Shown in pieces: positions 9,920 to 19,678 of a stretch of DNA of 64,000 bases (position 1 is its first letter; every line of letters begins with the position of its first letter). Source of the stretch: an uncultured Gammaproteobacteria bacterium (GTDB lineage: Bacteria; Patescibacteriota; Microgenomatia; Levybacterales; UBA12049); NCBI GenBank assembly GCA_964637955.1, contig CAZWXQ010000001.1, positions 118,993-182,992 on the forward strand, given 5' to 3'. The notes beneath the pieces are model-generated. The model did not search any database and was not told where the DNA came from. It saw only the letters and a list, made by a program, of their open reading frames with translations. The translations under genes were made by a program, and so were the position numbers.

Positions 9920-9993
9920 CTCCTGATCTTTTCCTGGATTTTTCCTGACAATTTTCAGTTTTTAATCTTCCAAGATTATCCTATTCTCTAACT

Positions 9994-11349
9994 ATGGCAC
10001 AAGATTTGAAAATATCTCAAATAAAGATAAATGAACTTAACCCTGCTGAATATAACCCCAGGAAATGGGACGAAACCTCTATTGCTCAACTTACCGAAAG
10101 CATTAAGAGATTTGGATTTGTAGATCCCATAATCGTAAACGGCGCTGAGAGCAGGAGAAACGTGGTTATAGGCGGACATTTTCGTCTGAAAGTCGCAAGG
10201 GATCTAGGCTTTACGGAAATTCCAGTTGTATATATTAATATACCTGAAATTGAAAAAGAAAAAGAGTTAAATCTTCGTTTAAATAAAAACACAGGTGAGT
10301 GGGATTATGAATTACTTGCTTCATTTGATGAATCAATACTTAACGATATAGGTTTTAACTCTGAAGAATTAGATGAAATTTTCAATTTTGATGATAATCC
10401 AGATGAATTCGATTTACAAAAAGAGCTTCAGAAATTGCAGATTAATAAAATTGAGATACAAAAAGGTGATGTCTGGGCTTTAGGTGAAAGTAAGCTTATG
10501 TGTGGTGATTCGACTTTTGAACAGGATATCCTAAAACTCATGGATGGGGAGAAAGCAGCTATGTGTTTTACAGATCCACCTTATATATTAGATTACCTTC
10601 ATGGAAAAAAGAAAAACGGAAAACCGGCTACAGGATTTGGTGCAAAAAGAGACAGAAGATATCTTGAAACCGATGTTCTCCCATCAAATTTTACAGAGTT
10701 GTGGATGGCTAATATTGCAAAAATTCAGAATGAGCATTTTTCAATAATAGTTTATGAGAATTGGAAGAATATAAGAACCATTTGGGATGAGATGGAAAAG
10801 TATTGGAAAGTTAAAAATATGCTTGTTTGGCATTTACCTAATAGGCACCAGGGTTTCTCAGCTAAGTATAAGTTCTTTTCAAAGCATGATATAGCAATGG
10901 TGGGTGCATCGCCAAACACAGATGTTCAATTTAATGCAGATAATGAAAAAGATGGTTTGCAAGAAGAATATGAAACCGCGCTATATGCAATTTCTGGCAA
11001 ACCACATTGGGAAGGTTATCAAAGAGGAAGGAAAAATCAGCCAACAGATTTTATTGAATATGTTGCTTCGGACGAAAAGCATTCAGGGCAAGGAATTATT
11101 TTTGGAACAAAACCAATCGAGATATTAATCCCATATATAAAAATGTTAACTAAAAGAGGAGATTTGATAATTGAACCTTTTGGAGGATCAGGATCAACTT
11201 TGATAGCTTCAGAAAAGATGAAACGACGATGTTTCATTATGGAAAAATCTCCAGTATATGCTGAAGTGATTAAAAAGCGATGGGAAAACTTAACAGGTCA
11301 GAAAGGAGTGAGGATTGCATGTGGGATAAAATCGAAAAAAGACAATTAA
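9994..11349 (+). CDS. ParB/Srx-domain plus N4/N6 DNA methyltransferase fusion
   Basis: LNPAEYNPR and GGHFRL (ParBc); FTDPPY; EPFGGSGSTLIA. Confidence 0.9.
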   Translation: MAQDLKISQIKINELNPAEYNPRKWDETSIAQLTESIKRFGFVDPIIVNGAESRRNVVIGGHFRLKVARDLGFTEIPVVYINIPEIEKEKELNLRLNKNTGEWDYELLASFDESILNDIGFNSEELDEIFNFDDNPDEFDLQKELQKLQINKIEIQKGDVWALGESKLMCGDSTFEQDILKLMDGEKAAMCFTDPPYILDYLHGKKKNGKPATGFGAKRDRRYLETDVLPSNFTELWMANIAKIQNEHFSIIVYENWKNIRTIWDEMEKYWKVKNMLVWHLPNRHQGFSAKYKFFSKHDIAMVGASPNTDVQFNADNEKDGLQEEYETALYAISGKPHWEGYQRGRKNQPTDFIEYVASDEKHSGQGIIFGTKPIEILIPYIKMLTKRGDLIIEPFGGSGSTLIASEKMKRRCFIMEKSPVYAEVIKKRWENLTGQKGVRIACGIKSKKDN

Positions 11350-11744
11350 AAAATAAGCAGGAACTTCTTGAGCAACTTAAGAAAACACCAATAATCCAAA
11401 TAGCCTGTGGTAAATCAAATATAAGTCGTGCCACATACTATCGCTGGCGAAATGAAGATAAAGAGTTTGCTCAGAGCGCTGATAAGGCTATTGATGAAGG
11501 TTCAGCCTTAGTTAATGATATTGCTGAATCTCAATTATTGAATGCGATTAAACAGCAAAATTTAACTGCCATTATTTTCTGGTTGAAGCACCATCACGCA
11601 GCCTACGCCAACAAGATCGAGTTAACAGCAAGATTTAAAGCAGACGAGGAAATACTAACTCCTGAGCAGGAAAAGTTAGTGACTAGAGCACTAAAAATAG
11701 TATCTTTAATGCCTAAGGAGGATAAGGATGTTAACTCAAAATGA
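11319..11744 (+). CDS. Putative terminase small subunit (phBC6A51-like HTH)
   Basis: ACGKSNISRATYYRWRNEDKEF...AESQL...TAIIFWLK; lies just upstream of terL; GAAAGGAG SD before the ATG at 11319. Confidence 0.7.
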   Translation: MWDKIEKRQLKNKQELLEQLKKTPIIQIACGKSNISRATYYRWRNEDKEFAQSADKAIDEGSALVNDIAESQLLNAIKQQNLTAIIFWLKHHHAAYANKIELTARFKADEEILTPEQEKLVTRALKIVSLMPKEDKDVNSK

Positions 11745-13221
11745 GATTGAAGAATTAAAAAAGAAAAGATCTGTCAGAAGAGCAATTTCAAAAAGAAGTC
11801 ATTACTGGTTTTTTTCAATATATTTAAATCACTACATTAAATATCCATTTGCTCAGTTTCACATTGAAATGTTTCACTTAACGGAAAACGAGGCTTTAAG
11901 GTTGGCAGTTCTTGTTGCATTTAGAGGATCTGGAAAATCCACTCTAATAACTCTTTCCTATGTAATCTGGTCAATAATTGGAGTTCAAAACAAGAAGTTT
12001 GTTTTAGTATTAAGTCAGACTCAGGCTCAGGCGAAACTACATTTAGCCAACATAAAAAGAGAGCTTGAGAGCAACGATTTATTAAAAGCAGATATAGGAC
12101 CGTTTGAAGAAATAAGTGATGAATGGGGTTCAAATTCAATAGTAATTTCAAAATTTGGAGCAAGAATTACTGTTGCTTCAACAGAACAAAGCATAAGAGG
12201 ATTAAGACATGGACAACATCGACCAGATTTAGTGATTTGTGATGATGTTGAAGACTTAAATTCAGTAAAGACTAAAGAAGGAAGAGATAAAACTTTCCAA
12301 TGGCTTGCTGGAGAAGTTTTGCCAATTGGAGATCAAAACACAAAAATAGTAATAGTTGGAAATCTTCTTCATGAAGATAGTCTCTTAATGAAATTAGTTA
12401 ATGCTATAAAAAATGGAAAATTAAATGGAAAATATTTTTCTTATCCTCTACTTGATGATGAAAATAATATTACATGGCCAGAGAAGTTTAAATCAAAGAC
12501 TGATATCGAAAATTTAAGAACTTCTATAGGAACAGATAGCGCATGGTATAGGGAGTATTTGCTTAAAATAATTTCAGATGCTGATAGGCTTGTTCATCCT
12601 GAATGGATTCAATATTACAATGAGATTCCTTCTGAGGAAAATGGGCATTTTATGTATACAGCTACAGGAATTGATCTTGCTATTTCAGAGAAAGAATCAG
12701 CAGATTATACAGCTATGGTGTCGGCCAAAGTTTATGGAAGCGGAGAAAATTTAAAGGTTTACATACTCCCTAACCCTATAAATAAAAGAATGAGTTTTCC
12801 AGAAACATATGAAACGGCTAAAATGATTTCTAAGGAATTAGGAAATGGATATTATACAAAGTTATTTATTGAAGATGTTGGCTATCAAAGAGCTTTAATT
12901 CAGAATTTATCTAATAATAATATTCCTGCTGAAGGGGTTAAGGTTTCTGGTCAGGATAAAAGAAGTAGACTTGCATTAGTTACTCATTTGATAGAGCAAG
13001 GAAAAATTATATTTCCCGATCAAGATAGATGTAGAAATTTGATACTACAACTTACTGGTTTTGGATTAGAAAAACATGATGATCTTGCAGATGCATTTTC
13101 TCTTCTAATGTTAAAAATAATTGAGGAAGATTCAGGAAGTGTAGGCTTCTTCTTTATAGGTGGTTCAGATCTATCTAGTTTTTCAGACTACAGACCCTTG
13201 AGCTTCAATCAGCCATTTTAA
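11728..13221 (+). CDS. Phage terminase large subunit
   Basis: AFRGSGKST, IRGLR, LVICDDVED, VGNLLHEDS; nuclease domain GIDLA...ADYTA...HDDLADA. Confidence 0.88.
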   Translation: MLTQNEIEELKKKRSVRRAISKRSHYWFFSIYLNHYIKYPFAQFHIEMFHLTENEALRLAVLVAFRGSGKSTLITLSYVIWSIIGVQNKKFVLVLSQTQAQAKLHLANIKRELESNDLLKADIGPFEEISDEWGSNSIVISKFGARITVASTEQSIRGLRHGQHRPDLVICDDVEDLNSVKTKEGRDKTFQWLAGEVLPIGDQNTKIVIVGNLLHEDSLLMKLVNAIKNGKLNGKYFSYPLLDDENNITWPEKFKSKTDIENLRTSIGTDSAWYREYLLKIISDADRLVHPEWIQYYNEIPSEENGHFMYTATGIDLAISEKESADYTAMVSAKVYGSGENLKVYILPNPINKRMSFPETYETAKMISKELGNGYYTKLFIEDVGYQRALIQNLSNNNIPAEGVKVSGQDKRSRLALVTHLIEQGKIIFPDQDRCRNLILQLTGFGLEKHDDLADAFSLLMLKIIEEDSGSVGFFFIGGSDLSSFSDYRPLSFNQPF

Positions 13222-13424
13222 AAAAGATCAGATAGTTGAACTTTAAGAGCTTTGGAAATTTTATCAATTGTTTGAACCGGCGGATTACTTATACCCCTTT
13301 CGATTCTGGAAATTGTAGTATAGTGCAGGCCAACTCTATCAGCTAATTCTTCTTGTGACATTTTCTTGTCTCTCCTAGCTTTTCTAATTCTTTTACCTAG
13401 TTTTTCGTTAACTTTATATTTCAC
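13218..13424 (-). CDS. XRE-family HTH regulator
   Basis: LGKRIRKARRDKKMSQEELADRVGLHYTTISRIERG. Confidence 0.9.
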   Translation of the reverse strand: MKYKVNEKLGKRIRKARRDKKMSQEELADRVGLHYTTISRIERGISNPPVQTIDKISKALKVQLSDLF

Positions 13425-13557
13425 TTATTAGTTATAAATTAATGAAAAACAGAAAGTTTGAGTATAGCGTCAGACGCTTTATTTAGCCTTGACTTTATGC
13501 TTAAATATAAGTAATATGCCTTACGTAAGCACGAAATTAATAGAAAGGAGGTGAATT

Positions 13558-14052
13558 ATGAACTGGATTAAAAAACATAAAATAGTGTCAGGAATTATTG
13601 GAGTTGTCGCATTTTTTATAATAGTTGGAGCTTTAGGTTCAAGCAGTACAACAACTAAATCAGAATCAACTAACTCTACTTCTGTCAAAAGTCAATCAAA
13701 TAATGCTGAACCAACAGCAACAATTGAAAACAAGCAGCCCAATGTTCCAGCGGAATATAAATCAGCACTCAAGAAAGCAACTAGCTATGCGACTATAATG
13801 CATATGTCAAAAAGAGGTGTATATGACCAGTTAGTCTCAGACTATGGTGAAAAGTTTTCGCCAGAAGCTGCACAGTATGCAATTGATAATGTGAAAGCTG
13901 ATTGGAATGCAAATGCTTTAGCTAAAGCAAAGAGCTATCAAGAGCAACAGAGTATGTCACCTGCTGCCATTCAAAATCAATTAATATCTGATTACGGTGA
14001 AAAGTTCACGCAAGCGGAAGCAGATTATGCTATTCAACACCTAAGTAAATAG
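13558..14052 (+). CDS. Ltp-family cell-surface protein (superinfection-exclusion type)
   Basis: TM helix, Ser/Thr linker, then two repeats of ALxKAxSY...MS...QLxSDYGEKF..eA.YAI; AGAAAGGAGGTGA SD. Confidence 0.85.
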   Translation: MNWIKKHKIVSGIIGVVAFFIIVGALGSSSTTTKSESTNSTSVKSQSNNAEPTATIENKQPNVPAEYKSALKKATSYATIMHMSKRGVYDQLVSDYGEKFSPEAAQYAIDNVKADWNANALAKAKSYQEQQSMSPAAIQNQLISDYGEKFTQAEADYAIQHLSK

Positions 14053-14325
14053 CGGGAGTTAGTAGTAGCTAAGCGGTGAAGCAAGAACAAGAAAAACATT
14101 CGATATTAAAATCGCATGTTTTTCTTTGGATTAAATATAGTATTTTAAGCCTAGACTTAATCAAAATCCTGCGGTACTGTGTACTCAAATGAATACAGAG
14201 GCAGGAATACTTAAGCTAATAACTAGATGCGAGAATTACTTCTATAAGTACCTCTTAACACAAGATAAATCATACATAGACAAATACTTTAAAACTTCAA
14301 GTCAACTCAAAAGAAAGGTTAAGAA

Positions 14326-15618
14326 ATGGAAAATGAAATAAAAGCACCCATAGATTACTGTTTGTATGCTCGAAAATCTACAGAAGATGATGAAAGACAA
14401 GCAATGAGTATAGATTCTCAAATTAAAGAGATGTCTGAAATGGCTTTAAAGGAAGAGATATTCATAAAAGAAATCCGACAAGAAAAGCATTCAGCGAAAA
14501 TGTCAGGGCAAAGGCCTGTTTTTAATCAGCTATTAGCAGATATAAAAAGTGGTATGTTTAGGGGAATATTAACTTGGGCGCCTGACAGGTTAAGCAGAAA
14601 TGCAGGAGATTTAGGCGTGCTTGTAGATTTAATGGATCATGGCAAGTTAACTAATATTAAAACATATACTCAGGCCTTCACAAATAGTCCTAGCGATAAG
14701 TTTTTACTCATGATTCTTTGCTCTCAAGCAAAACTCGAAAATGATCAGAAAGGAATAAATGTTAAAAGAGGGATAAGAGCCAAATGTCAGATGGGATGGA
14801 GACCTGGTGTTCCGCCAACAGGTTATTTTAATAGAACAATGAATGGGGTTAAAGATATAATCCCCGATCCTCAACGAGCTCCATTTATAACCGAAATGTT
14901 TCAAAGAGTTGCCGATGGACAAAGTGGTTGGGATATAAAAAGATGGTTTGATAAATCTGGAATGACTACTAGATCTGGAAAAAAAGTTTACTTAGGCAAT
15001 TTATATCTTATGCTGAAAAATTCATTTTATTATGGAGAATTTGAATACCCTATTAATAGTGGTAATTGGTATAAGGGAAAACATAAACCATTAATAACAA
15101 AAATTCTATTTGATAAAGTACAAAATCAGCTTATTACTTCAACTAAATCAGATTGGGGCAGTAATATTGCTCCATTCAAAGGATTATTTAGATGCGGAAC
15201 ATGTGGGAAAAAACTAATTGGCGAAGAAAAAATCAGAAAAAGAAAATGGGGAGCCCCCATAAGACATGTTTATTACCACTGTGCCCGAAACCTTAGTGAT
15301 TGCTCAGAGCCATATATAAGTGAGGAAAAATTAATAAAACAAATTCTTAGATATATTAATTTCATGAGTATCGCGCATCCTAATTTCCTCAAGCTAACAG
15401 ACCCTTTACATATAAGTTTGTTGTCATATAGCTTAATTAGAAATGAAGTACTTTATGAGCAAGATATTAATCCAAATGATCAAAAATCCGATCCGGTAAA
15501 TTTTAGTAGATATATTCTGAATAAAGGGTCCGTTGATGAAAAAAGAGACTTAGTTATGTCTTTAGGGAAGCAGATGTATATTAAAAATAAGTATTTGGTT
15601 TCCTCTGTATCTGAATAA
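14326..15618 (+). CDS. Large serine recombinase/integrase
   Basis: YARKST, SIDSQ, RPVF, DRLSRN; recombinase domain; CGTCG...YYHC Zn ribbon. Confidence 0.92.
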   Translation: MENEIKAPIDYCLYARKSTEDDERQAMSIDSQIKEMSEMALKEEIFIKEIRQEKHSAKMSGQRPVFNQLLADIKSGMFRGILTWAPDRLSRNAGDLGVLVDLMDHGKLTNIKTYTQAFTNSPSDKFLLMILCSQAKLENDQKGINVKRGIRAKCQMGWRPGVPPTGYFNRTMNGVKDIIPDPQRAPFITEMFQRVADGQSGWDIKRWFDKSGMTTRSGKKVYLGNLYLMLKNSFYYGEFEYPINSGNWYKGKHKPLITKILFDKVQNQLITSTKSDWGSNIAPFKGLFRCGTCGKKLIGEEKIRKRKWGAPIRHVYYHCARNLSDCSEPYISEEKLIKQILRYINFMSIAHPNFLKLTDPLHISLLSYSLIRNEVLYEQDINPNDQKSDPVNFSRYILNKGSVDEKRDLVMSLGKQMYIKNKYLVSSVSE

Positions 15619-15684
15619 TTCATAAAATATTATCCTTAATTTGCCTCAATTCAATCTATAGGATAAAATGCTGCATATAAATTT

Positions 15685-16710
15685 ATGAATCATTTTGAAA
15701 GCAGCAATCTGGATAAAATTTTCTATCTTAATCCCAGTAAAAATCATTTAATAGGATCAAGAGAGTCGACCGTACTTGAATTTAAGGAAAATTTTTCTTT
15801 TGCAAATCTAGCGGATTACGCTAAAGTAATGGCTTCTTTTGCAAACAAAGATGGAGGCTATATAGTTTTTGGTTTAGAAGATAATCCTAGAAAGATTGTT
15901 GGAATCGATAGGAATACTTTCGATACTATTGATCAAGCCAAATTAACTGAGGGATTAAATGATATATTTCAGCCTGCAATGGAATGGGATATTGCAGTTC
16001 ATGATTGGAATGGATTTTCATTTGGAATAATTTATGTATTTAAGACTGTTCAAAAGCCTATCATTGCAAGAAAAAATTATGGTTCCGAAATTAAGGAAGG
16101 TGAAATTTATTATAGATATAGAGCTAGATCGGAGAAAATTAAATATTCTGAGTTGCGTCATTTACTTGATGAGCAAAAGGAGTTGACCAATGAAGCATGG
16201 AGAAAAGTTATAGAAAAGGCTTCATCGATCGATCCTAGAAATGTAGCTATGTTAGATACGATAACAGGTGAATTAACAGGAGATGGAGGAACAGTAGTAA
16301 TAGATGAGTCATTAATATCTAAATTGAAATTTATAAGGGATGGAGATTTTAATCAAAAAGATGGTGCTCCAACTCTTAAGCTTATAGGTGATCTTCAGGC
16401 TGTTCCTGTAGCAGCTGTAAAGAGTAAAAAAGTACTTATTGGGGAAGATATTTATAAATTTAGAGCTTCGCAGGTTGCAAAAGAAGTTCAGTCAGGTATA
16501 GCTAAAAATTTTAGTATTCAGCTACATACTAAGGCATGGAAAATGTATGAATCGAGACCTAAAGAGAAAAATTCGGGTTTTAAAAATGAATTTTCAGAAT
16601 TAAAGCAAGCCGAAAACGATTATCGATATTCTCAAGCATGGATCGATTTTCTGATAAATAAATTAAAAACTGATCAGGAATATCAAAAATTATTAGATTT
16701 CAAAATATAA
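15685..16710 (+). CDS. Schlafen/AlbA_2-domain protein
   Basis: RESTVLEFKE...ASFANKDGGYIVFGLED...YYR. Confidence 0.8.
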   Translation: MNHFESSNLDKIFYLNPSKNHLIGSRESTVLEFKENFSFANLADYAKVMASFANKDGGYIVFGLEDNPRKIVGIDRNTFDTIDQAKLTEGLNDIFQPAMEWDIAVHDWNGFSFGIIYVFKTVQKPIIARKNYGSEIKEGEIYYRYRARSEKIKYSELRHLLDEQKELTNEAWRKVIEKASSIDPRNVAMLDTITGELTGDGGTVVIDESLISKLKFIRDGDFNQKDGAPTLKLIGDLQAVPVAAVKSKKVLIGEDIYKFRASQVAKEVQSGIAKNFSIQLHTKAWKMYESRPKEKNSGFKNEFSELKQAENDYRYSQAWIDFLINKLKTDQEYQKLLDFKI

Positions 16711-16766
16711 TTTAAATTTTAGAGAGCTGAATGGCGAGGGTACGGTGGGGCGATAGTAATAGTGTG

Positions 16767-16802
16767 CTGAGAGTACCGGTCTCGAACCATTTAATCATTA
16801 TA
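16767..16802 (+). repeat. attR-like direct repeat
   Basis: ctgagagtaccggtctcgaaccatttaatcattata; one mismatch to 2040-2075. Confidence 0.9.
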
Positions 16803-17159
16803 GCAGTGTCTCTTATAAAGGCTAAATAAGACAATTAATACAGTATTAAAAATAAAAAAATTTATTTAGGTTAGTAAAGAAATATATTTCAAAATAAGTC
16901 CTATAGTTTACATAATGATATTTTTTTGATATAATTAATATATGACAGAGCAACAACCATTTCTTAAAACAGCTGAAAAAGCACAAATGCTTCAGGATGC
17001 ACAACCAACGCCACTTGAAGTTGTTAGAAGATATGAAATTGATAGGGATAAAATAGCACAAGATTAGATAGATAATGGAGTTATCCCTGATATACTTGTC
17101 TCCAATGAACCAACTGATAAAATAGGCTAATAGCATCAAAGATAGATATTATTTTTGTA

Positions 17160-17570
17160 TTACATATCCCATTCTTCGTATCTTATTTCATCTAATGCAA
17201 CTAGATCTGGATGAGGTTTAGAGATTAATTTAACAATAATGCTTCCAGCAAGATCAAGAAAATCATCATCTTCTCTTGTTCCGTCAAGCATTTCAACAAA
17301 TATTCCTGAGTAAGAAAAAGCTGTTTCATGCATTTTTTTATGAAGTTCAGCGATTATTTTTACACATAATTCTTGGTAAGTTAATCCAGTTGCAAAAATT
17401 TCATCGCCAAGTATTTTAAACGCTGAAGACAGTAGTAAATTGGGTTCAAGTGTCGTAGGATTGATATATCGAGAATTTTTAAAAAATTCTATAGTCTCAA
17501 GAGTTAGAAAATCTGTACCTAGAAATGGTCTCTTTAAATCATTTAATTCTTCCGATTTTGCTATAGACAT
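17160..17570 (-). CDS. Hypothetical protein
   Basis: 136-aa ORF, 6 nt downstream of the co-oriented ORF. Confidence 0.6.
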   Translation of the reverse strand: MSIAKSEELNDLKRPFLGTDFLTLETIEFFKNSRYINPTTLEPNLLLSSAFKILGDEIFATGLTYQELCVKIIAELHKKMHETAFSYSGIFVEMLDGTREDDDFLDLAGSIIVKLISKPHPDLVALDEIRYEEWDM

Positions 17571-17576
17571 AGTATT

Positions 17577-18287
17577 TTATTTATTAATTTCTACTGCTGG
17601 TGTAATTCTAAAAGCTGCTCTTGCTCCTGCAAAAACAGGTGTTTCGAAAATTCTTGATCTTGCACTCTCTACAGGAGTTCCGCTTTTCATTACTTGTAAC
17701 CATTTAAATCTAAGCATTTCTTCTGGGGTGATAAAACCTCTAGGGTCAAGTTCCGTTGGATAGTGATGAACATCACCCATTGTTACATTTAAATCGATCA
17801 ATCTTGGAATTCTATTAAGTAATTTACCCTTGTTTGTTCTAAAATTATCAAATTCAAATGCAATTTTTCTTCCCTCAAGATCTTTCAACACAGCCCAATA
17901 TAATTGATCGAATTCATGAGTTGCGCCATCAGCAAGTTTTTTCCTCCCATCTTTTAAATAGCGTACTACTTGACCATCTCTATACATTTGAGGCCTAAAT
18001 TCTCTTCCAAAAATAATAGTGTCAGTTGGAATATGTTGAGGGGTAACTAGGAAAGCTTCGAAATCTCTTGCTGCGTTTTCTCCTAGTGTTTTCAATTTTG
18101 ATCCTAGCTCTGGATTGCTTATTAAATCTGATTGATCAGTATCTACAGCAAAATAAATATTTTGCTCGAGAATTGAAATAGGGCCATTGCCTGAGGAGCA
18201 ATCATCTTCAAAAGAATGACCATGCCATAATTCAGGTCCCGGTTCTATTCTAATATCTGGGTCAAATGGTCCGACTAATTCTCCCAT
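17577..18287 (-). CDS. Hypothetical protein
   Basis: 236-aa ORF; no motif recognised. Confidence 0.65.
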   Translation of the reverse strand: MGELVGPFDPDIRIEPGPELWHGHSFEDDCSSGNGPISILEQNIYFAVDTDQSDLISNPELGSKLKTLGENAARDFEAFLVTPQHIPTDTIIFGREFRPQMYRDGQVVRYLKDGRKKLADGATHEFDQLYWAVLKDLEGRKIAFEFDNFRTNKGKLLNRIPRLIDLNVTMGDVHHYPTELDPRGFITPEEMLRFKWLQVMKSGTPVESARSRIFETPVFAGARAAFRITPAVEINK

Positions 18288-18332
18288 ATTAAATTATTTA
18301 TCCTTTAGATTCATATCAAATAAAATATAAAA

Positions 18333-19675
18333 TCAAGCCACTTGAGATACTCTTTTATTAAAATCAATAATATCTCCTTCTCTTGGAAGCGATATTCTTG
18401 CAATATCCAATTCTTCTTTAGCTCGACTAGCAAAAGCTTCGCGAGCAGTATCCTCTCCGTGTGTCAAAACTAACTCCCTAAAATGAACTGGTCCGTTTAC
18501 GGTATGTTCTAGCCAATGCATTAAATCATCTTGATCAGCATGTGCGCTTAATCCTCCTGCTTGGAATACAGTAGCTTTAACAGGTATATCTTCTCCATAA
18601 AGTCGAACTGATTTTTGCCTTCTAGAAGTCTACGACTCGGAGTTCCTGCAGCTGCAAACCCAGCTAGCATGATTCTAGTTTTTTTATCAGGCAATTCTCT
18701 TGCAGCATGTCCAACAATTCTTCCTCCATTCATCATGCCTGATCCAGCGATAATTACTCGGGGACCATGCTTAGGAAGTCTGGACTTCTTAACATTTTTA
18801 TTATCTGTATCAATAAGTTCTTTGAATTTTAATGGATGCTTTTGCTCTTGAATCCTTGGGCTTAGTAGTCTTGGATTGCTGCGATATACCTCTGTAACTG
18901 CACTTGCCATTGGACTATCTAAAATTACTGGTGGAACCCTAACGCCTCTTTCGGATAAAGTCTTAAAGATATCTATAATCTTTTGAGTTCTGTCAATGCT
19001 AAATGCTGCAATTAATCCAGGCCCTTTTAGGCCATCTATAAACTCAAATATAACTTCTTCCATATCTTCATCTGAATGACTCCTGTCTCCATAAGTACTT
19101 TCCATAGTTATAATATCTGCAGAATCAATCGGCGTTGCTGGTCTTAATATGCTTGAATGCGGATTTCCTATATCCCCACTAAACACATAAGTTTGTCCGT
19201 CACTGTCCTTAACTGCCACACTTGCAGATCCTAAGATATGACCTGCATCTTTTAAAGTAACTTTTGCTCCCCCAATTTCTACTTGAGAATCATAAGGTAA
19301 TACTTGAACTCTACTCAAAACCTCTTTCACGCTGCCAGGTGGATATAAGCGAGGTGAGAGTTTTTTTGCATTATTAAGTGCGATTTTACCAATCTCAAGT
19401 GTTGGACCTGTCATGTATATTGGAACTTCAGGTATTTGAGGATGAGCTAAAAAAGGGAGTCTGCCAATATGATCTGCATGAGCATGAGTAATAAATACAC
19501 CGGCTAATTCTGAAAAATCAGTATTATCCTGACTTTGATTACGTGCATCTTGATTTCCGTGCCCTTGAAAAGCGCCATAATCTACCAGTACTTTTTTTCC
19601 ACTTCTTAAGCTCAGTAAATTTCCCGAACCTGTTACTTCACCCCCTGCTGCACCTAATAATTCTAAACTTGCCAT
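18333..19675 (-). pseudogene. MBL-fold beta-CASP ribonuclease, frameshifted near 18612-18616
   Basis: THAHADHIGRL, AGHILGS, SGD, MESTYG and GSGM motifs. One extra A in GGC-AAAAA-TCA restores ...GGLSAHADQ...LTHGE in frame with ORF 18333-18521. Confidence 0.85.
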
Positions 19676-19678
19676 AAA

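Larger units (their letters stand above)
2040..16802. mobile_element. Integrated element of about 14.7 kb (serine recombinase, terminase module, copper-resistance cargo)
   Basis: Bounded by a 36-bp direct repeat. Contains a large serine recombinase, LexA, an XRE HTH, terminases and Ltp. Confidence 0.85.

Noticed and set aside
2040-16802. Complete prophage
   Set aside because: No portal, capsid, tail, lysis or replication genes were recognised between the repeats.
16846-17139. 97-aa minus-strand ORF
   Set aside because: Low-complexity AT-rich translation with a TTG start and no motif. A shorter gene in this gap cannot be excluded.
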